In this document: piece after piece, positions 28,981 to 38,554 of the stretch
How the letters are laid out: each line of letters opens with the position of its first letter
Position numbering within the stretch: the first letter of the stretch is position 1
IMG/VR virus record: IMGVR_UViG_3300046001_006965
Coordinates: 1-64,000 of that record
Reading direction: 5' to 3' (one strand)
DNA: 64,000 bases
Source of the DNA: a virus
Position numbers and translations under genes: made by a program
Notes under the pieces: generated by a model
The model's database searches: none
What the model was told of the DNA's origin: nothing
The model's input: only the letters and a program-made list of their open reading frames with translations

Positions 28981-30093
28981 TTATATTTTTACCGGCATGG
29001 CCAGCATTAGAATTTCTTCGCCTTCTTCCAGACCGTCAATTGGTTTTAAGATTCCGGCACGCACTGGTGTTGACAGTTCCAGTTGAATCATTGTTGATTG
29101 TAAAGTGCCCAGCATTTCAGAAAGAAAACGGGAGTTAAACCCGATCTTGATGTCTTCTCCTTCGTAATTACACGTAAGGCGTTCATCCGCTTTGTTGGAG
29201 TAATCAATATCTTCAGCAAAAATGTTTAGTTCGGTTCCGGCAACTTTCAAAATAATTTGATGCGTAGTTTTATTGGAGAAAGTCGCCACGCGCTTTACCG
29301 ATTGCAATAACAAACTTCTGTCAATGATCAACATACTGGGATTGTTTTTTGGAATAACCGCTTCGTAATTTGGATATTTGGCATCTATCAAACGGCAGGA
29401 AATAATATAGTTTTCAAAAGAAAAAACGGCATTCGAATTGTTGAATTCAATTGTCACGGCTTCGTCCAAGGTGCTCAATATTGCTTTTAAAACTCCTAAC
29501 GGTTTCTTTGGCATAATGAAATTGGCATTTTCTGAAGCTTTCACATCTGATCGGGAATACTTGACCAATTTGTGAGCATCTGTGGCTGTAAAAATCAAAC
29601 CTTCAGTTGAAAGTTGAAAATATACACCAGTCATCATTGGCCTCAAATCATCGGTTCCGGTGGCAAAAAGTGTTTTGCTGATGGCATTTGCTAATACTTT
29701 GGAAGGAATTACTGTTGATGATGGATTTTCCAATACAATGGCTTTTGGATATTCTTCTCCAAGGAAATAAGCAATTTCATATTGTCCAGAATTCGAACTG
29801 ATTTCGATGGTGTTGTTCTCTTTGGTTGTAAAAACCAAAGGCTGCTCCGAGAATGTTTTCAAAACTTCAATCAAAAGTTTGGCTGGTATGGCCACGGATG
29901 CTTTGCCCTCAAAATCTACATCCATTGTGGTTGACATCGTGGTTTCCAGATCGGATGCCGTGATTTTCAATTGGCCGTTTTCGATTTCAAAAAGGAAGTT
30001 GTCCAGGATTGGCATTGTGTTACTATTGGAGATTACTCCACCTAAAAAATTGAGTTTCTTTAATAACTCCGTGCTGCTTAAAGTGATTTTCAT
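28981..30093 (-). CDS. dnaN: DNA polymerase III beta sliding clamp (phage-borne)
   Basis: 370 aa; PILDNFLF, ASDLE, RP.MTGV, ATDAHKL, YPNYEAVIP, IGFNSRFL, L.MPV. Confidence 0.95.
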   Translation of the reverse strand: MKITLSSTELLKKLNFLGGVISNSNTMPILDNFLFEIENGQLKITASDLETTMSTTMDVDFEGKASVAIPAKLLIEVLKTFSEQPLVFTTKENNTIEISSNSGQYEIAYFLGEEYPKAIVLENPSSTVIPSKVLANAISKTLFATGTDDLRPMMTGVYFQLSTEGLIFTATDAHKLVKYSRSDVKASENANFIMPKKPLGVLKAILSTLDEAVTIEFNNSNAVFSFENYIISCRLIDAKYPNYEAVIPKNNPSMLIIDRSLLLQSVKRVATFSNKTTHQIILKVAGTELNIFAEDIDYSNKADERLTCNYEGEDIKIGFNSRFLSEMLGTLQSTMIQLELSTPVRAGILKPIDGLEEGEEILMLAMPVKI

Positions 30094-30110
30094 AATTTTG
30101 TTTTTAATTG

Positions 30111-31448
30111 TTATGCCACTGCTTTTTCTTTGCTTTTTGGCCTTGTTTTGATTACTATTTTTCTAATTTTTTCCATATTTCGTTGGACTAAATCAATGAT
30201 CTCATTGTGGTGTTCAGTTGACTCATTTTTCAAACCACGCGATTGTTCAATTTTTAGTTCCGGCAGCCTCAACTCAATTGTTTCGGCTCGTTTGCCATCT
30301 ACTTTTGCTGAAAGGATCAATGATTTTTCCTTGAGATAATATTCGTTGGTGTAAACACAATGCTTGAGCTCGTCGCCTTCTTCCTTGAATTCTTCAATAC
30401 TTTTGAGAACTGAAATGGATATATTTCCTTTCTTGAATTCCAAGTCGAAGAAATTTTTCCATCTTTCGACATAATCAGATATCGCTTTTTCTAGTTTTTG
30501 CTGGCGTCTGATTACTCTCAATTTTTCATTTTCTATTTCTTGAATCCTTAAAATCTCACGCTTTTTCTTCATCAATTTGTCGTGTTCTGCTTTCAGGTTC
30601 TTTGGGCAAACATAAACGGCATTACGCAAATCTTTTTTGAAATACCTCAGCAAGTCCAAATAGTCATACCAAATTCCGGCATCTTTGATTTTATACTTAT
30701 TTCTGATTACAATTTTCACAGAATCCCAATAACTTTGGTGGCGACTGTCTTTGTAAACTCCAAAAAACAAAAGCTCTTTTTGATTGGCTTTTAATAGTGT
30801 TTCTATTTTTGGCGAATGTTCCAGTTTGTAAATTAGCAATCTATAATCGCAATGATGATTGAATTTTGTCAATCCATACTTTTCAAAACGAGGTAAGAAC
30901 TCCGCTCCTGGACAATTGTAATCTGATGCAAATTTGTCATAATCCGTTTGTTGGTGATAGGGTCTGGAATTCTGCCTAACCTCATAATCTGACGAAGAAA
31001 AACCATCACCGGTCCAAGTGGTATTTCGTCCTACAATTACGCTTTTGTTTTTATCGTAATCTTTCCACTCTTCAAACAAGCTTCTGAAATTATACCTTGG
31101 TGGTTTATTTTTTGACATTAATTTCCAACAGGAGAAATATCTAAAAACTTGAAATCTATCAACTACTTGAACCACTGAATAAGAAATTACCTTTTCAAAC
31201 AATCCGTTATTGATATTGATTTTCTTTAGTTTTTTGGCACACGAAGGGCAAGTAACTCCGATAACTTGCTCTTGCCAAACTTGCGCTGGCTTCCAGCTGT
31301 GATTACATTCCATACAAACTAAATTTTTGTAATGGGTTGTATAATAAAAATCGTGATTAGAAATCACATAATCCTCTTGCTCTCTTGGTTCAGAAAGTTC
31401 TTTATGAAGATTCCAAACTTCTACTTGTAATCTGGTTCTCGGCTTCAT
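30111..31448 (-). CDS. PcfJ-domain protein
   Basis: Zn ribbon; DY.D.L..F.KD, P.NL...HD, EG..L.HCV motifs. Confidence 0.85.
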   Translation of the reverse strand: MKPRTRLQVEVWNLHKELSEPREQEDYVISNHDFYYTTHYKNLVCMECNHSWKPAQVWQEQVIGVTCPSCAKKLKKININNGLFEKVISYSVVQVVDRFQVFRYFSCWKLMSKNKPPRYNFRSLFEEWKDYDKNKSVIVGRNTTWTGDGFSSSDYEVRQNSRPYHQQTDYDKFASDYNCPGAEFLPRFEKYGLTKFNHHCDYRLLIYKLEHSPKIETLLKANQKELLFFGVYKDSRHQSYWDSVKIVIRNKYKIKDAGIWYDYLDLLRYFKKDLRNAVYVCPKNLKAEHDKLMKKKREILRIQEIENEKLRVIRRQQKLEKAISDYVERWKNFFDLEFKKGNISISVLKSIEEFKEEGDELKHCVYTNEYYLKEKSLILSAKVDGKRAETIELRLPELKIEQSRGLKNESTEHHNEIIDLVQRNMEKIRKIVIKTRPKSKEKAVA

Positions 31449-31957
31449 TAGGCAAATAGATCTATTTGTTCCGCTTCGGTTGCCGGTTTCTTTTTGGCTG
31501 CCTTTGCAACTAATTTTTCTTTTTGCTCCGATACTACTTTTTCGATTGCTTGATTTTTAGCATCCTGTAAATCTTCTTCCGATAGTTTAATCTTTTTAGA
31601 AAGGGTTTTCTTCGCTTCTACTTTTGCTTCCTCGATCAACAAATCCATTGCTTTTTCTTTGGCTAATGCTTTATCTTCTTCGGTCAATTCAACGCTATGA
31701 TTGACGATTGCTTTTCCGGAGACTGGTTTGATGTTTTTGATGTCGTCTTCATCGTAGTAATGAACTGCCCAGCCAAATACCTCATCATCGGAATAACCGC
31801 CACAATCACCGTCCTTTGCGCACTTCATTACATAGCTGCAGCATTCGTCCAGATTTTTGTTTTCTTTTTGGTAGGTAACAGCGAAGAGTTCATCTTCAGA
31901 TGCTCTTTTGTCAAGGTAAGCCTTGATGGTTTCTTTAAATGCGTTTGATGTTTTCAT
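31448..31957 (-). CDS. PcfK-like protein
   Basis: F..TIK.YL..RA..D.LFA, D.EVF..AVHYYDEDDI; pairs with PcfJ. Confidence 0.85.
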   Translation of the reverse strand: MKTSNAFKETIKAYLDKRASEDELFAVTYQKENKNLDECCSYVMKCAKDGDCGGYSDDEVFGWAVHYYDEDDIKNIKPVSGKAIVNHSVELTEEDKALAKEKAMDLLIEEAKVEAKKTLSKKIKLSEEDLQDAKNQAIEKVVSEQKEKLVAKAAKKKPATEAEQIDLFA

Positions 31958-31998
31958 TTTACTCGTTTTTAAAATTTGATTGTTAATTAAAACGCAAA

Positions 31999-32083
31999 TG
32001 AGCTATAAATTCCCAACGTCTCACTTTTGGTTCATTACAGCTCAATGCTATGCTTTAAGTTTCGTAATGTGAGACGGAAACTG
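31999..32083 (-). ncRNA. Structured 5' leader RNA (pseudoknot), copy 1
   Basis: CGTCTCAC near the predicted start pairs with the GTGAGACG loop of a long hairpin. Confidence 0.6.
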
Positions 32084-32088
32084 TTTTG

Positions 32089-32140
32089 TAAATATATAAA
32101 ATCAATAACATATTTTGCAAGTTTATAACCTAATATGTTA
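32089..32140 (-). promoter_or_regulatory. Promoter with paired 15-bp operator (site 3 of 4)
   Basis: TATATTTA -7-like; TAACATATTTTGCAA and TAACCTAATATGTTA. Confidence 0.65.
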
Positions 32141-32162
32141 TTGTTCTAAATAAGATATGGAG

Positions 32163-32600
32163 CTATAATCCCCAAATTAGCATCATTGCATCACGCTGCT
32201 CTTGATTGGTTCTTTCTTTTATTTTGGTAATCTGCTCAAAAAATTTTGAATCTGTTTTAGATTTCGTTGGTTTTACTTGTGTAAATGGTAGTTTCAAGAA
32301 CTCGCACATTTCGCAAATTTTCTTAGCTATCTCGTGATTTGCTCCAACCCGCTCACTTATTTTTCCATTAAAAGCTGTGGAAGCTGCTGCTTTGAAATGC
32401 CTGTTTCCTCCGTTCAGAAATCCACATTCTACATACACCATCACCTCGTAATCTAAATATTCTGGTGTGTTTTTTATAAAATAAAGCATTTGCAAAAGCT
32501 CGAAAAACTTTAAATTTTTAAGCTGTATTTTTTTGCCTGATTTCAAGGCAAACCCAGATTTATCGGTGTCAGGATCTATGCCTATAAGTATTTTTCCCAT
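32163..32600 (-). CDS. RNase H-fold / RuvC-like resolvase candidate
   Basis: ILIGIDP..SG, VYVE, RDA motifs. Confidence 0.55.
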   Translation of the reverse strand: MGKILIGIDPDTDKSGFALKSGKKIQLKNLKFFELLQMLYFIKNTPEYLDYEVMVYVECGFLNGGNRHFKAAASTAFNGKISERVGANHEIAKKICEMCEFLKLPFTQVKPTKSKTDSKFFEQITKIKERTNQEQRDAMMLIWGL

Positions 32601-32602
32601 AA

Positions 32603-32968
32603 TTAAAAAATTGATTTTTCTTCAAAAGATTCGCATTTGTTTGGCATAGGTTCTTGTTCTTGAAAGGTTTCATATTTTTTATGAAGTCCTCTTTTTTCAA
32701 TAGAAAAAGGAAACATTAATTTATCTAATTTTGAACATTTAAAAACTTTTACCATTTTATCTGTGTAATCAACTTCTCCATATCCGCAATACGTTTCAAA
32801 AGAAACTTCTTTTTGTATTTTTTCTAAATGTTCGCAAAAGTGACAGGCTTTTTTATTGGCTGGATTTTGATCGCATTTCAATTCGTGGTTGATCATTGCG
32901 TGTTTTCGCTTCAATTCTTTTTTACAAAAATCACATTTGTAAATGGTTACGTTTTCGATTGTTTTCAT
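32603..32968 (-). CDS. Cys-rich Zn-finger protein
   Basis: CxxC..HE..C, CxxC. Confidence 0.65.
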   Translation of the reverse strand: MKTIENVTIYKCDFCKKELKRKHAMINHELKCDQNPANKKACHFCEHLEKIQKEVSFETYCGYGEVDYTDKMVKVFKCSKLDKLMFPFSIEKRGLHKKYETFQEQEPMPNKCESFEEKSIF

Positions 32969-32980
32969 TTTGTAATAGAA

Positions 32981-33721
32981 TTAAAATTTATAATCTCCTT
33001 TTATTACTAATCTTTTTTGTCTCAAGTAATTCAGAAAAGGTTGCATTTCGGTTTTCTTTTCCCAATCGATAATGGTATCTTCCAGCATTTGTCGGTCCAT
33101 ATTTTGAACCATTTCATCTATTTCCTGATGCATCTGTGCCTCTTTTTCCTTTCGTAATTTTTCAGCTTTTCTTTTTTCGTAGAACTGATGAACGGCATTG
33201 CTTCGAATATCATTTTCAGTTTGGGTGCTGCTGGTTTCTCTCTCTTTGATTCGCTCAAATTCAATGTATTTTTTTTCGAGATATTCCGGCATCCATTTTA
33301 CAAGCACGTTTTGTCCATCAAGTTTGTAATCTTTACCGTCTCCCAGAATGCCTTGACGAACTTGTTTGAGCATCAACACAACGTCTTCGATAGTTTCATA
33401 AGGATATTTTTCGGCGATATCCGCTGCCAGCAAAGCTGACTGTGTTGCAGAAAGTGATTTTCCAACATTGAAATTTGCATTAAATCTGTTGAGCAAATAA
33501 CAAATGGCGGTTATGGTGCCAATTTCTCCAACTGTTTTTTCTAGTTTTTTAAGTGTGGTACCGTCAATGGCTTTTATCAAACTTAGATTTTTCTCAAAAA
33601 CAATTAATCCAACTTCGTTATTAGCCGCCAAACATTGCATTAACTGCATTGACTGCTGATTGCTTATGGTTAGCATCTGCTCTTTGTGAATTGAGACTTC
33701 GTACATTTTCTCTGTTTCCAT
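32981..33721 (-). CDS. Replication-associated hypothetical protein (helicase-loader position)
   Basis: 246 aa overlapping the initiator 3' end. Confidence 0.6.
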   Translation of the reverse strand: METEKMYEVSIHKEQMLTISNQQSMQLMQCLAANNEVGLIVFEKNLSLIKAIDGTTLKKLEKTVGEIGTITAICYLLNRFNANFNVGKSLSATQSALLAADIAEKYPYETIEDVVLMLKQVRQGILGDGKDYKLDGQNVLVKWMPEYLEKKYIEFERIKERETSSTQTENDIRSNAVHQFYEKRKAEKLRKEKEAQMHQEIDEMVQNMDRQMLEDTIIDWEKKTEMQPFLNYLRQKRLVIKGDYKF

Positions 33722-34547
33722 AATTATCTTCTAAAATTTTTAAAAAATTGGCTGGTTTGAAAATCCAATCAAAACTAGCCGTCCAGTTATCTTTGTTGTC
33801 GCCCTGCAGAAATGGGGAATCTCTCGTTTTTTGAATTACGTTCTGAATTGATTCTTTGCCGTATTGTTTTTCCAACAGCTGAATTCTTTTTTTCCTGACA
33901 TCTGACATTTTTTTTACTTCAGGTAAAAGCCCCCGGTTTGAATTAAAAAAAGAAAGAAGTTTATCAAAATCAATCTTGTGGGTTGGAAGTTGATTTGGAA
34001 AATCAACAACTCCGTTAGGAGTATATTTTTCTTTTGTTTTCTCTTCTATAATTTCCTCTTCTATACTATACTCTTCTTTTCTTTGCGGATAACTTCCGGC
34101 AATCTCCCGCGGATTGACCTCTTTTTTGGGGCAATCTCCCGCGGATTGACCTCTTTTTTGCCTTATTTTGTCCAATATGTCGGAGTATTGAAACATTTCT
34201 GTTTTTCTTTTTCGATAAGCATCTTGAATACTGTCGGCAAATTTTTGACTGTAAATCACTTTGTAATCATCAAAAAGAGCTTTGTCAATTGCTCCTAATT
34301 TTGCCAAATCATTTAAAATCGAAAGTGTTTTTTCTTCGTCAATTTTAAAAATAGAATTCAGAAACATTAAGGTCATTTCATCTGAAGCATCTATGTAATG
34401 ATTATTGGCCTTTCCCAGCTGTTCTAATAGCTTAAACCAGGTTGCATACCCATCATTACCGTATTTTGTTTCTATGATGTGCATTTTGCGTCCGTGAGTA
34501 CAATCGTGTGGAAAATAATCAACATCTTTTCTTTGTTCTCTAGCCAT
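33621..34547 (-). CDS. Replication initiator (DUF4373-like N-terminus)
   Basis: DYFPHD..YG..GY..WF.LLE; C-terminal SPFL.G.N..W.A.FDW; internal iterons. Confidence 0.8.
   Translation of the reverse strand: MAREQRKDVDYFPHDCTHGRKMHIIETKYGNDGYATWFKLLEQLGKANNHYIDASDEMTLMFLNSIFKIDEEKTLSILNDLAKLGAIDKALFDDYKVIYSQKFADSIQDAYRKRKTEMFQYSDILDKIRQKRGQSAGDCPKKEVNPREIAGSYPQRKEEYSIEEEIIEEKTKEKYTPNGVVDFPNQLPTHKIDFDKLLSFFNSNRGLLPEVKKMSDVRKKRIQLLEKQYGKESIQNVIQKTRDSPFLQGDNKDNWTASFDWIFKPANFLKILEDNYGNRENVRSLNSQRADANHKQSAVNAVNAMFGG
34098..34160. repeat. Two exact 31-bp direct repeats, probable origin iterons
   Basis: GGCAATCTCCCGCGGATTGACCTCTTTTTTG at 34098-34128 and 34130-34160. Confidence 0.8.
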
Positions 34548-34555
34548 AATAATTT

Positions 34556-35704
34556 CTACTTTTTAAAAGGTACGTTTGTGAGTTGTCTTCCGTTGTTCCA
34601 GATGGCAAAACGACCTTCAGTATCAACTTCAATTTTCATTGTTTCAATCTTGCCAAATTGGTTGAGATTGCCTCCTAAATCTACCACCCACGCATTTTGT
34701 TTGTTGGGATGAATTCGCATGGCACGGCCTACAATTTGATAGAACAAAGACAACGACATCGTGGATCTGGCCATCAATACTGCTTCGAGTTCCGGATAAT
34801 CAAACCCGGTGGTTAAAACACCCACATTTACCACGCATTTTATAATTCCTTTTTTGAATCTTGAAAGGATGCGTTCGCGTTCTTCTTTCTTGGTATCCGA
34901 TGTCAATAGAACGGCTCCCGGAATGCGTTTTACCACTTCTTTGGCTTCGGTGATCAAAGCGCAAAAAATTAGAAGATTTGGCTTTTTTGACAGCACGTAA
35001 AAAGCATATTTTACAATCCGGCTGGGCATATCGATTGACTTGTAATACCGACTTAGTGAAGCGGTTGTAAAATCGGTTCCTGAACTGTTTAATTCTAGTT
35101 TTGAGCGATCAATTACATCAAAGGAGTAATACTCTAGCTTTGCCAAAAATCCAGCGTCAAACAGCGTATTATTTTGAACGTAATACAGAATTTTATTAAA
35201 AATTCGTGGAGTGCTTCGGGTCAGGAATGTTAGCTGTGGTCCTTCGCTTGTTTGCGACAAACGATATGGTGTGGCGGTTAATCCCAACACATTGGCATCC
35301 GGAAAATGATTGATGAATTCCTGATACATTCCACCGTCTGAATTAACCAAATGACATTCGTCGATTAGTATGTTTTTCAGTCCGGCAAACAAATGTTTTT
35401 TGTTGATGATGCTGCCAATGGTGCAAAAAGTGACGCGACCAATTATCTTTTCGCCAGCTGATGCGCTGTAGATGGATGCTTTGCCATATTTGGAATACTT
35501 CTCATAGTTCTGTTCCAGGATCTCTTTCGAGGGCTGGAGGATGATTGTTTTACCCTCCAGCGGTGCTACTAAGTTGGCAATAACAATAGATTTTCCAGCG
35601 CCTGTTGGCAGGACAATTACAGCATTGTCATTTGACTTTCCCTGTAAATATTCCACTCCTAAACGTGTTGAATCTGCTTGATAAGGCCTTAATTGAAATC
35701 CCAT
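34556..35704 (-). CDS. SF2 DExH helicase (RadD/YejH-like)
   Basis: LRPYQ, PTGAGKS, DECH, TATP, TGFD.P, Q.VGR..R. Confidence 0.92.
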   Translation of the reverse strand: MGFQLRPYQADSTRLGVEYLQGKSNDNAVIVLPTGAGKSIVIANLVAPLEGKTIILQPSKEILEQNYEKYSKYGKASIYSASAGEKIIGRVTFCTIGSIINKKHLFAGLKNILIDECHLVNSDGGMYQEFINHFPDANVLGLTATPYRLSQTSEGPQLTFLTRSTPRIFNKILYYVQNNTLFDAGFLAKLEYYSFDVIDRSKLELNSSGTDFTTASLSRYYKSIDMPSRIVKYAFYVLSKKPNLLIFCALITEAKEVVKRIPGAVLLTSDTKKEERERILSRFKKGIIKCVVNVGVLTTGFDYPELEAVLMARSTMSLSLFYQIVGRAMRIHPNKQNAWVVDLGGNLNQFGKIETMKIEVDTEGRFAIWNNGRQLTNVPFKK

Positions 35705-35706
35705 CC

Positions 35707-36309
35707 TTAAACGGCTTGTGATTCATCATCGAATTTTGCATTATCAAAAGAGGCATCTTCTGAAGCAAAATCCATGTGCAATTGTTCTGGTTGTGGAGCT
35801 GATTTTCCGTTCATGTAAAACTCAACCTCTTTGATGGCATTATCTAAAATAGCAGTCAATTGAGTCAAATAAAGATAGGCTCCGTTTAGTTTTACTTTTG
35901 GAGCACTAAACTTAATTACTCCATTTGTCACTTCTTTGTAACCTGATAAAATCAAAGCTCTGTTTTCCTCTACTCCAGATATTGAAAAAGCATTCACGAA
36001 ATATTTTTCTGTTTCAACTTCTTCTTCAAGAAATGATAATTCGGTTGCATTATCATTACCCGTGTAGGCATCATCCAAGTGTGCCAGGAACACATCAAAC
36101 TTATCGAATGCTATTTCTAAATCTTCGTGAACGATGTGTTTTCCGTTTCTTGAAAGTCCATCGCCTTTAGTCTTTCCGGTTAATAATTCGTAGGAATAAT
36201 TGCAAAGAGCATCTTTGAGCGAAGCGCTTTTTATTTCTACATCTTTTTGAACTTGATCTGCTAATCCTAATTTTTCTGTAAGGATTGTGAAAACTTTTTC
36301 TTTTGACAT
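35707..36309 (-). CDS. Hypothetical protein
   Basis: 200 aa, acidic. Confidence 0.7.
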   Translation of the reverse strand: MSKEKVFTILTEKLGLADQVQKDVEIKSASLKDALCNYSYELLTGKTKGDGLSRNGKHIVHEDLEIAFDKFDVFLAHLDDAYTGNDNATELSFLEEEVETEKYFVNAFSISGVEENRALILSGYKEVTNGVIKFSAPKVKLNGAYLYLTQLTAILDNAIKEVEFYMNGKSAPQPEQLHMDFASEDASFDNAKFDDESQAV

Positions 36310-36318
36310 GGTGGTTAT

Positions 36319-36690
36319 TTAATTAAAAATTGATATTTGGTTTCTGTTTTGTTGCGATGCATTGGCCTGTTGTATCAGGCTGTATTCTTTGCTTATCCAA
36401 ACTCGCAACGGTCTTTGGTGGGCTTCTTTATTGGTGCTTTTTTGGGTTCTTTCGGTATCGAAAATCAAATGTCTTTTTGATAATTTTCTGAAAGGAACTC
36501 CAAAAACACTTGGTTGTGATGGAGGTGCATTTCCTGAATTAAAAAATGCCTTTTTCAGATCATCTGCAGTGAATGGTTTCATCTGTGTTTTTACCCAATT
36601 TTCGGCAAAAGCGCAAAGTTTATCGCAATAGACTTTGTTGTTTACTTCTACATCTTCGACGGCTTGGTTGGTTACTTGGAATGGTGTCAT
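36319..36690 (-). CDS. Hypothetical protein
   Basis: Likely start MTPFQV. Confidence 0.65.
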   Translation of the reverse strand: MTPFQVTNQAVEDVEVNNKVYCDKLCAFAENWVKTQMKPFTADDLKKAFFNSGNAPPSQPSVFGVPFRKLSKRHLIFDTERTQKSTNKEAHQRPLRVWISKEYSLIQQANASQQNRNQISIFN

Positions 36691-36704
36691 AATTTTTTTT
36701 TGTT

Positions 36705-36911
36705 TTAAAAAGATTCCTTTTCTTTGAATAAAGAGCAAGCAGCATCTTTACATTTAATTTTTAATAGTCCATTATTGGTTCTGTTTGATTTCCTGATACC
36801 ACAATACTGAAACACCTTTGAATTACATTCCCATCGTTGGCGGTGTTCACAATCTCTACAAGTATTTGTTGGTTTTGAAACCTGCTCTTCAAATTCAAAT
36901 AGATTAACCAT
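36705..36911 (-). CDS. Small Cys-rich protein
   Basis: 68 aa, CxxC. Confidence 0.6.
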   Translation of the reverse strand: MVNLFEFEEQVSKPTNTCRDCEHRQRWECNSKVFQYCGIRKSNRTNNGLLKIKCKDAACSLFKEKESF

Positions 36912-37293
36912 TAAAAGATTGCATTTCAGCTTTCGCTTTTGATATTAAAGTTCTGCACCAGTCTAGTTGGTGTGTACATGATGCATTTAATCTTGTTGCC
37001 CAAGTCAATAAGTAATTTTCATTTTCAACTAATGTATCTGTAAATTTTACTGCAACACTGGGTGGAAGGGCAACTATCTTTTTAATTTCTGAAACTATAT
37101 CACTCCTTAATTTACGGTCCTTATGAATTTTAGAATCAGCTAGAAGTTTTCCGGTTCTTGCCATATAAACTGATAATGTATTTCCTCTATAGACAGCCTC
37201 GTTAGCATCTTCACTCATTTCTATTTCAAGAAATTCCTGTATAGTTATTAGTTCTTTTTTAATTTCAGATAGGCTTGTTACTAAGTCATTCAT
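36904..37293 (-). CDS. Hypothetical helical protein
   Basis: 129 aa, coupled. Confidence 0.7.
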   Translation of the reverse strand: MNDLVTSLSEIKKELITIQEFLEIEMSEDANEAVYRGNTLSVYMARTGKLLADSKIHKDRKLRSDIVSEIKKIVALPPSVAVKFTDTLVENENYLLTWATRLNASCTHQLDWCRTLISKAKAEMQSFNG

Positions 37294-37299
37294 CTTTTT

Positions 37300-37524
37300 T
37301 TAATTTTTGTAACCGTTAAAAGCCATTACTTGATCTTCTGGAATAAGGAATTTCACTACTGCCGTCAATCCCCTAAAAAATCTTCTTTTCTGGGTAAGCG
37401 ACTGAATAATTCCTTGATGCTTTTTAATCCTGGCATCATATTTTTTAGCATAATGTTTACTGAGCTCTATTTCAAAAAGCAAGTAATTAATGCCGTTCAG
37501 CGTGTGTACAATTTTTTCACTCAT
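37300..37524 (-). CDS. Hypothetical protein
   Basis: Likely start MSEKIV. Confidence 0.6.
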   Translation of the reverse strand: MSEKIVHTLNGINYLLFEIELSKHYAKKYDARIKKHQGIIQSLTQKRRFFRGLTAVVKFLIPEDQVMAFNGYKN

Positions 37525-37811
37525 AATTCGGTGGCTTTTTTGATTGCTGATTTTGCTTTGTCCCAAGCAATGTGATTCCTATCTGAGATTTTAACTACTT
37601 CTATTAATGCTTCCAGTAATTCCGGGGCTGCTGCGATTAGCTTGGCGTTTGATTTTGAAACGCTTTCACAAATAAGGTTTCCACCATAATACTCAATGGC
37701 ATCTTCGCCAACCGAACCTCTTATAGAAAGTGATTCATCATTTTTAGAAATAACACAACTATTATATTTGCCTATTTCCCACGGTCCTTTTGTTCCTTTA
37801 AATTCTGCCAT
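37521..37811 (-). CDS. Conserved phage protein (TxGPW..NA.LIAAAPELLEAL family)
   Basis: Widely recurring phage early-gene motif. Confidence 0.75.
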   Translation of the reverse strand: MAEFKGTKGPWEIGKYNSCVISKNDESLSIRGSVGEDAIEYYGGNLICESVSKSNAKLIAAAPELLEALIEVVKISDRNHIAWDKAKSAIKKATEL

Positions 37812-37813
37812 AA

Positions 37814-38554
37814 CTAAAAAGGTGTTTTATTAAAATTAATTTTCATACCGTTACTCGCCACGGTGACGTTTTTTCCTGTGAGTTCTGCCACTTCTTTTTG
37901 AAATTGTTTTTCATCTGAATTGCTGTCTGAAAGATGTATCAAAACGATGTTGTTGACTTTCGTTAGATCATTGGCAGCCAACATATCCTTGCAGTTGGCC
38001 AGCGAGAAATGAGATCTTAAAATCCGGTTTCTCAAAAATTCCTTTCCAGAATCAGCTCCAAACTTTCTGTCGATGATTTCCTTTGAGAAATTGGCTTCGA
38101 TAATGATATTATTCAATCCCTTGAAAGTATATTCACAATAGTAGGTATCGGTCAGGAAAAGCACCTTTCCACAATCAGGATGCTCGATCAAGAACCCCAA
38201 AGGTTCCGCTGCATCGTGTTTCACATCGAAAGCCATTACCTTGAAGTTTCCAATTTGTACCGTTTGTCTGGGTTTGATTGCCGTGGCTCTTGGAAGTGAA
38301 AAAACAAAGCGTTTTTCCAATGTTCCGGCAGAAGCATACATATCAATTCCCAACTTTATCACATCATAAATGGCTTTGGAGTGGTCAAAGTGTTCGTGTG
38401 TACAAAGACAACCAACCACTTTTGACAAATCAAAATTCAAGGCCTGTTTTATGTCCTTGATGTTTACACCACACTCGATAAGCAAAGCCTCATTCTCGTT
38501 TCCAAGAATGTAGGCATTACCCTTTGAGCCAGTTCCTATTATGTTAAGATTCAT
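37814..38554 (-). CDS. Metallo-beta-lactamase-fold nuclease
   Basis: GTGS.GN, THEH.DH, HDA, TDT, IEAN, L.HLS. Confidence 0.9.
   Translation of the reverse strand: MNLNIIGTGSKGNAYILGNENEALLIECGVNIKDIKQALNFDLSKVVGCLCTHEHFDHSKAIYDVIKLGIDMYASAGTLEKRFVFSLPRATAIKPRQTVQIGNFKVMAFDVKHDAAEPLGFLIEHPDCGKVLFLTDTYYCEYTFKGLNNIIIEANFSKEIIDRKFGADSGKEFLRNRILRSHFSLANCKDMLAANDLTKVNNIVLIHLSDSNSDEKQFQKEVAELTGKNVTVASNGMKINFNKTPF

Noticed and set aside
34098-34160. Mini CRISPR array
   Set aside because: Only two repeats separated by 1 nt, inside a coding region, with no cas genes.
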